NCBI GenBank assembly: GCA_004764695.1
Contig: SMSO01000005.1
Span: 744,001-808,000, forward strand
DNA from: Schizochytrium sp. TIO01
Taxonomy: Eukaryota; Protista; Bigyra: Labyrinthulomycetes
Length of the DNA stretch: 64,000 bases
Direction of reading: 5' to 3'
Both the position numbers and the translations under genes were made by a program. Positions 58,125 through 64,000 of the stretch are shown here, one piece after another (position 1 is the stretch's first letter; each line of letters opens with the position of its first letter). The notes beneath the pieces are model-generated. The model was not told the origin of the DNA. It made no database searches and saw only the letters and a list, made by a program, of their open reading frames with translations.

Positions 58125-59831
58125 GTTTTGTAGCCTCTAAGCGAAGGAGAAATTCCTGCCTATTACTCCACTTAAAGTTAGGTAGTGCTGCCTCTGAAGA
58201 GTATAATTGTGGCGGAGCTCCTTCGACGGAATCCTTTCCATCGCCAGATCTCTGCTCTTCAAAAGCCATCGCTCAGAGGTCGCGGCCGCCTCTTACCCGG
58301 CGCGAGGAGAGCGCTCTTCTCGAGAGGCTTTGCTTCGCTTTGCTTCGCTTTGCTTTGCTTCGCTTTGTGATGTGCATTTGGGATTCTCGACAGGGAAATA
58401 AATAAATTTGGGGTCGCGCCGTCTAGCTAGCTAGCTTTCTCGCAATCAGGACTTCGATGGCTCCGCCGGCGCGGCGACAGCGGCGACAGCGGCAGCAGCG
58501 GCAAGAGCAGCAGCAGCAGCGGCAGGATGGTGGCCGCGAGGCCGGAGGACGGGCCCGAATGAGCTGATCGCGTTTCTGGCTTTTGCAGCATGATTCCGAG
58601 GGCCACATTGCATTCCCGGAGCTCTCATCGAACACTGAAGGAATGAATGGGGGAAATGAATGAATGCAAAGGAGGAAACACACCGACAGAGGGACTGAGA
58701 GAGAGGGACTGAGAGAGAGAGAGAGAGAGAGAGGGCAGCGGCCCACGGTAGCAGACGGTAGGGCCCTGGTAGGAGCAGCTTGGGCTTGACCTGGTTTCGA
58801 TTTGGTTTTGAATTTGAAGAACATCTTGAAACATCTGGAAACAGTGTGGACATTCTGAAACAAAATTGAAGTTGGAATGGAGGGGAAGGCAGAGAGAAAC
58901 ATTCGCTTGAAACGGCGGCAGAAGCCGCTCGCAGAATCCTTTTGCTCGCGCTAGCCGCGGGGAGGAGGTCATTGCGGAGGCCAAGGGCCAGCTTTGCCAT
59001 GATAGAAGAGCGAGCGAGCGCTCGCTTGCGAATTTGTTGAGCAGGCAGCACCAGGAGGCACGTGAGTGGTACGAATGCTGGATCTAGGATCCTCTCAGCT
59101 CCTTTTATCGCAAAGTCGACACAAAAATAAGTATTTGCTCTCCATAGCACTAAGAGTCCGCTAGCAGAGGCATGGGTATTACAAAAAAGATGATGCCGTG
59201 ACATAAACAATATCTATAGTTTAAAACTTATTTACCTTTTCCCACTTTACATTAATTAAAACTTTTGGTCTAAATCAATACTTAATAACATTAATGAAGA
59301 AAGAAAATAAAACATAAAAGGGTAAAATCAGCGCATCAGGCGAAACAAAGAGGGAAAAGATACGCCCAATACCTGGTCCTCCCCTTCTTTCCTCCCTACT
59401 ACCCTCCCGGCCTAGTGTTGCTTAGTGCTTGCTCCTCTCTCTTCTCTCGTTCCGTTATGCTATCTGTTTTCCCTAATCCCTCCCATGTCTGTTAACTCTG
59501 GCACAGGGAGGAAAGAATCAAGGAGTCCCTGTGTGTTTTTTATTATCATTTACAGCGGCAATGATTGTATACTTTCGAAGGAGCAAAATAAAGAACCAGG
59601 CACAGAGGGAAGAATACGGAAATTTGTAGATAGCAGGATCGATAGTACCTAGATATCAATTTCGCTAGCAAAACCAGCATATAAACAAAACGAAGGCGGC
59701 GAACGACTGAGCTCAGAAATCAAGAAAGGGCCTCGCAGGGGCGTAACAGGCATGCAATAGTAGCTCTTCCTCGTCTGGAAGAAGCGACACAGAACGAACA
59801 TGCGCCCATGCGAACAGTCAATAAACTTGCA

Positions 59832-59833
<2 letters not shown>

Positions 59834-59862
<29 letters not shown>
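59834..59862. repeat. (GATT)n microsatellite
   Basis: Direct reading of the sequence. Confidence 0.85.
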
Positions 59863-59863
<1 letters not shown>

Positions 59864-60145
59864 GATGAAGTTGAAAAAAAATACCTTCTATAACATTTCT
59901 GTTTTGTTTTGTTTTACAATTTTAAAGCGATCGATTAAAATAAAATAAATTTAAATTAGATAGATCTTTATTTGGGATTACTATTTTTAAAAGGGAGAGA
60001 GAAAATCCCTCCTACTGTACCATTATTATGCGGCAAAAAAAAGAGGCGGACGCGCGAGCAGCCTCGAGTAAAAGGCAGAACAGAAAAGAAAAAGGAGGGG
60101 GAAAAAGAAAATGGAAAAGGAAAGATGAGTAGAATTAGCATCAGG

Positions 60146-60183
<38 letters not shown>

Positions 60184-61506
60184 CCTGTCTACCTTAGGCA
60201 TCTGCCTAGCTACCGCGTAGGATGTCACTAGAGAGAGACAGAGAGAAGGAACAGAAGAGGAGCGACACCAAACCAAACCCGATTCGCTCCTGAGCGAGCA
60301 CAGCGATCGCATCAACTTCAGAGGTGAGTGCAGTTGACAATAGCGGGCACAGGACAAACACACAGCGGCTCAACACACGGCAGGAAGGCAGGCAGGCAGG
60401 CAGGCAGGCAGGCTCGCGGCGGAGGACTCGAGCCAGCGAAGACCGGCGGCGGCGGCGCAAGGGAAGGACTGGCAGACCGGAGGATATGACAGATAAAGAA
60501 AGAAGTCATTGAACTCCTCAGTCTCCTCATGAGCTGTAAAGAAGAGCGCCCATATATATACTGAGAATATGGGGAGGAAGGAAGGTCTGTTTGAAAGTAT
60601 AGGACACCAGAATAAAGGAGGCCCGGACGGAGAAGGGCGGGCGGGCAGGCAGGCACAGCCAGGAAGGCGACGAGGATACTAGAGAGGGAGGTAGGGACCG
60701 CCAAAGGGACCCTCGGAGAACTGAATGACAGGGTCACTCGGTCTCGACAAGAGCTCTTTGAGGCAGGGAAGAAGAGGTGATGGGACCTCAGGCAAGCAAG
60801 CAAGATCTTGTCTGTCTGTTTCTTTTTGTTTTCTCTCTTTCCCTTTCTTTTCACTCCCGTTTGACTTTTTGAGGGGAGAGCGACAAAGAATTCAGACAAG
60901 ACGACGACCAAGCTACTTGCAGTTGAGAGAGCATGAGGGATAACACGACCGCACGAGCTTAAGTGGGTGGGCGGGCGCCAGTCTCCAGCTCGGCTCTGAT
61001 CATGATTTGAGAATTAACCGCGTTGAATCGGGGGGAAGTCTCTGGTGTTGCTGCTGCTCGTTTTTGTTGATCATCTTTTTGCTTCTTCCTTCAGTTTGTT
61101 GATTTGGATTTTCTGGGAGGGGCAAACAAATGACGGAGAATTTGAGGGAAGAAAAAAATAAAGGAGGGTACAGTACATATGGAGGAGGAGCTATAGGCCT
61201 CTTGGATTGTTTCAGATGGGCGAAGATTGGGTTGGGATGAATGTCAAGGTTGGCATCAAAAGTCAACAGAGAGGAGTGAAGGAAGAAAGAAAAAAAGGGG
61301 GTACTATCTCTATAACTGTTATGGATTGTGTAGGATGATGCCATTTGGGGGAACACAAATAAGAAGCAAAGTTAACTGACGAAATTACCGCAATTGAATG
61401 CTTATCATTGGTATCGTGATGGTTCTGTGGACTGATCGAGTAGGGTACAGTTCGTCTCTCAAAAGGGCAACAAGAACCAGAATCTTAAAGCGCACAGGAG
61501 CATACA

Positions 61507-63648
61507 ATGCTGCCTCTAGGAGGAAACGCGAGCCGTGCCGGTATTAACCGCATCGCTTCGCAGCAAATGCGCGCTGCTCGCGGCAACGCCCAGCACGTGC
61601 TCACCCGCAGCATGGTGACCGTAAACGGTGAGGAGCTCTTTGACAAGATTCTCATTGCCAACCGTGGTGAGATTGCCTGCCGTGTAATCAAGACTGCCCG
61701 TAAGCTCGGCATTAAGACCGTTGCCATCTATTCTGAGCCCGATAAGCACGCCATGCACGTGAAAATGGCTGACGAGGCATACTGTGTGGGACCTGCTGCT
61801 TCTGCTAAGTCCTACCTTAATGTGGACAAGATCCTCGAGATCATCAAGCAGACTGGAGCCCAGGCCGTGCACCCTGGCTACGGCTTTCTCTCTGAGAACC
61901 ACCACTTTGCCGAGGTCCTTGAGGCCAATGGAGTCGCATTCATTGGCCCTGGTTCCCATGCTATCACTGCCATGGGTGATAAGATCGAGTCCAAGCAGCT
62001 CGCCATCGATGCTGGTGTCAGCACTGTTCCTGGCAGTCTCGCAATTGTAAAGACAGATGCGCAGATCAAGCAAATTGCCAACGAGATTGGCTACCCTGTC
62101 ATGATCAAGGCCAGTGCTGGTGGTGGTGGTAAGGGCATGCGTATCGCATGGAACGATGCCCAAGCCATTGAGGGTTTCCGTCTCTCCACGGAGGAGGCAC
62201 GTTCCTCCTTTGGTGATGACCGTATCTTCATTGAGAAGTTTGTCGAGGAGCCCCGACACATCGAGATCCAACTCATTGCCGATTCTCACGGCAACGTTGC
62301 TGCCCTCCCTGAGCGTGAGTGCAGTATTCAGCGCCGTAACCAGAAGGTGCTCGAAGAGAGTCCTAGTACCTTTCTCGACCCGGAAACTCGCAAGGCTATG
62401 CAAGCTGAAGCCATCCAGCTTGCAAAGGCTGTCAACTACAAGAGTGCCGGTACTGTCGAGTTCCTCTGCGATAAGAACCGCAACTTTTACTTCTTGGAGA
62501 TGAACACCCGTCTTCAGGTCGAGCACCCTGTCTCCGAATTTGTCTCTGGCATTGATCTTGTTGAGCAAATGATCCGTGTTGCCGCTGGCCACAAGCTTCC
62601 GGATGAGCTCCTCAAGGAAGACCGTCCGATTCTTGGATGGGCCCACGAGGCTCGTGTTTACGCTGAGGACCCCTTCCGCGGCTTTCTTCCTAGCACCGGT
62701 CGTCTCATTGACTACCATCAGCCAGGCACCGAGGACGTTCCTGAGGTCCGTGTCGATACCGGTGTCACCCAAGGCTCTGAAATCAGCATGTTCTATGATC
62801 CTATGATCTCCAAGCTGGTTACCCACGGTGCTACCCGTGAGGAGGCTCTAGAGCGCCTTGAGGTTGCTCTTGACAACTACGTCGTCAAGGGTCTGGGCCA
62901 CAACCTCAACTTCCTCATCGACGTCTGCCGCCACCCTCGCTTCCGGTCGGGCCAGATTACCACCAAGTTTATTGAGGAGGAATACCCTGAGGGCTTCCAC
63001 GGTGTCAAGCTCAATGAGGTTGAGTCCAAAAACCTCGTCGGTATGGCAGCACTCATCCAGGGTGCCCGCAACGAGCTCACCACACATATGCTTGATGCCG
63101 TGCGTGACACCGTCCAGCCGCTGACCCTGGTTGTCACCATGGATGGCCAGTCCACCAAGGTTGCTGTCGATGGATACACTGGTGAGACTGTTCTCATGGA
63201 TCCGGAGACAAACGAGGAGATCGAGCGCATCCTTATTCAGGACCTTGACTACACCCCTGGTGAAATCATCGTCCGCAGCAACATCGGAGGCGTTTCTCAA
63301 GTTGTGCAATGCCTTGACCGCATCCCTCAAGGATTTCGCCTTCAGTACTGCGGTGCCATCAAGACCATCCATGTACACTCAGAGCTTGAGTACCAGATGT
63401 CCAAATACATGCTCCCCAAGCCCGAGGTGGACATGGCCAAGTGGCTTCTTTCTCCCATGCCCGGTGCCTTGATTTCCGTGGCTGTCCACGAAGGCCAGGA
63501 AGTTTATGCTGGCCAGGAGCTCGCTGTTGTCGAGGCAATGAAGATGCAGAACGTTCTTCGTGCAGAGCGCAATGGAATCGTAAAGAAGGTTTACGCCGAA
63601 GCTGGCTCCACCCTCTCTGTCGACCAGGAAATCATTGAGTTTGAGTAA
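61507..63648 (+). CDS. PCCA: Propionyl-CoA carboxylase alpha chain (biotin carboxylase, BT domain, BCCP), mitochondrial precursor
   Basis: Arg-rich, acid-free presequence; FDKILIANRGEIACRVIKT; AVHPGYGFLSEN; MGDKIESK; GYPVMIKASAGGGGKGMRIAW; ERECSIQRRNQKV; FYFLEMNTRLQVEHPV; SEISMFYDPMISKL; LLSPMPG; biotinylation motif EAMKMQN. Strong C/T-ending codon bias. Confidence 0.93.
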   Translation: MLPLGGNASRAGINRIASQQMRAARGNAQHVLTRSMVTVNGEELFDKILIANRGEIACRVIKTARKLGIKTVAIYSEPDKHAMHVKMADEAYCVGPAASAKSYLNVDKILEIIKQTGAQAVHPGYGFLSENHHFAEVLEANGVAFIGPGSHAITAMGDKIESKQLAIDAGVSTVPGSLAIVKTDAQIKQIANEIGYPVMIKASAGGGGKGMRIAWNDAQAIEGFRLSTEEARSSFGDDRIFIEKFVEEPRHIEIQLIADSHGNVAALPERECSIQRRNQKVLEESPSTFLDPETRKAMQAEAIQLAKAVNYKSAGTVEFLCDKNRNFYFLEMNTRLQVEHPVSEFVSGIDLVEQMIRVAAGHKLPDELLKEDRPILGWAHEARVYAEDPFRGFLPSTGRLIDYHQPGTEDVPEVRVDTGVTQGSEISMFYDPMISKLVTHGATREEALERLEVALDNYVVKGLGHNLNFLIDVCRHPRFRSGQITTKFIEEEYPEGFHGVKLNEVESKNLVGMAALIQGARNELTTHMLDAVRDTVQPLTLVVTMDGQSTKVAVDGYTGETVLMDPETNEEIERILIQDLDYTPGEIIVRSNIGGVSQVVQCLDRIPQGFRLQYCGAIKTIHVHSELEYQMSKYMLPKPEVDMAKWLLSPMPGALISVAVHEGQEVYAGQELAVVEAMKMQNVLRAERNGIVKKVYAEAGSTLSVDQEIIEFE

Positions 63649-64000
63649 TTTACATGTTTTGCTTGGTTGACAGCTTGCCAGTTGTTCTAACCCTTCGCAG
63701 TCGAGTTCTTTTATCCTCATGTCCTCAAGCGTAGCTTTGCCTACTTCTATATCTTCGATGTGACAGTACTAGTAGCAATACCTTCTTGGTGCTTTCGCTT
63801 TTTTTTTTTCATTTTTAAAAAACCACTCTATACTTCGTAACATTTACCCAAATTCGATTTTACCCGCCCTGTCGTCCTGCATATGATACAAACTCATTCC
63901 ATTAACCCAGGTTTCCTTTGGACTATTGGATATAGTACACCTACCAGAACCTTGACAGACACAGACATTCGTTTCACAAAAGCTTTAGTAGTTTTTCTTA

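Noticed and set aside
49423-61356. Many 60-254 aa ORFs in the ORF-poor region (e.g. 58446..59210, 60318..60911, 55069..55530, 56672..57010)
   Set aside because: They overlap in several frames, often lack an ATG start, mostly run through microsatellites, and show no recognisable domains. A real micro-peptide cannot be excluded without ribosome profiling.
61516-62826. 436-aa antisense ORF (and the 176-aa ORF 62848..63378) over PCCA
   Set aside because: It is in codon register with PCCA. The gene's strong codon bias avoids TTA/CTA/TCA, which removes antisense stops. No recognisable domain.

Overview
Eukaryotic nuclear DNA with about 10 long, uninterrupted protein-coding genes separated by microsatellite-rich intergenic tracts. 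The gene set (BK-type K+ channel, LRR/coiled-coil basal-body protein, short CAP, HERC-like giant), the scarcity of coding introns and the abundant tetranucleotide repeats suggest a flagellated protist, possibly a thraustochytrid/labyrinthulomycete; this is inference only. Genes in order: a HERC-like RCC1/LamG/SPRY/UBA/FN3/SPRY protein split by a single-base frameshift and lacking a HECT domain (+); a Slo/BK channel (-); a Ser-rich disordered protein (+); an LRRCC1/VFL1-like protein (-); a C-terminal-only CAP with a myristoylation-type N-terminus (+); a poly-Q protein (+); DUS1-like tRNA dihydrouridine synthase (+); a membrane J-domain/SANT protein (-); an ankyrin protein ending in CaaX (+); and propionyl-CoA carboxylase alpha (+). 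Two large stretches (about 16.2-24.7 kb and 45.5-61.5 kb) have no credible ORF. They alternate AT-rich blocks, TAGGTAG/CCTAGCTAGG motif clusters, GC-richer microsatellite islands, splice-like signals and two hairpin-dense segments. I found no rRNA, tRNA, transposase, CRISPR array or viral block, and no clearly demonstrable new multi-gene system. The best leads are the frameshifted, HECT-less HERC, the candidate structured RNAs, the recurrent TAG-rich motif and several unusual domain architectures.
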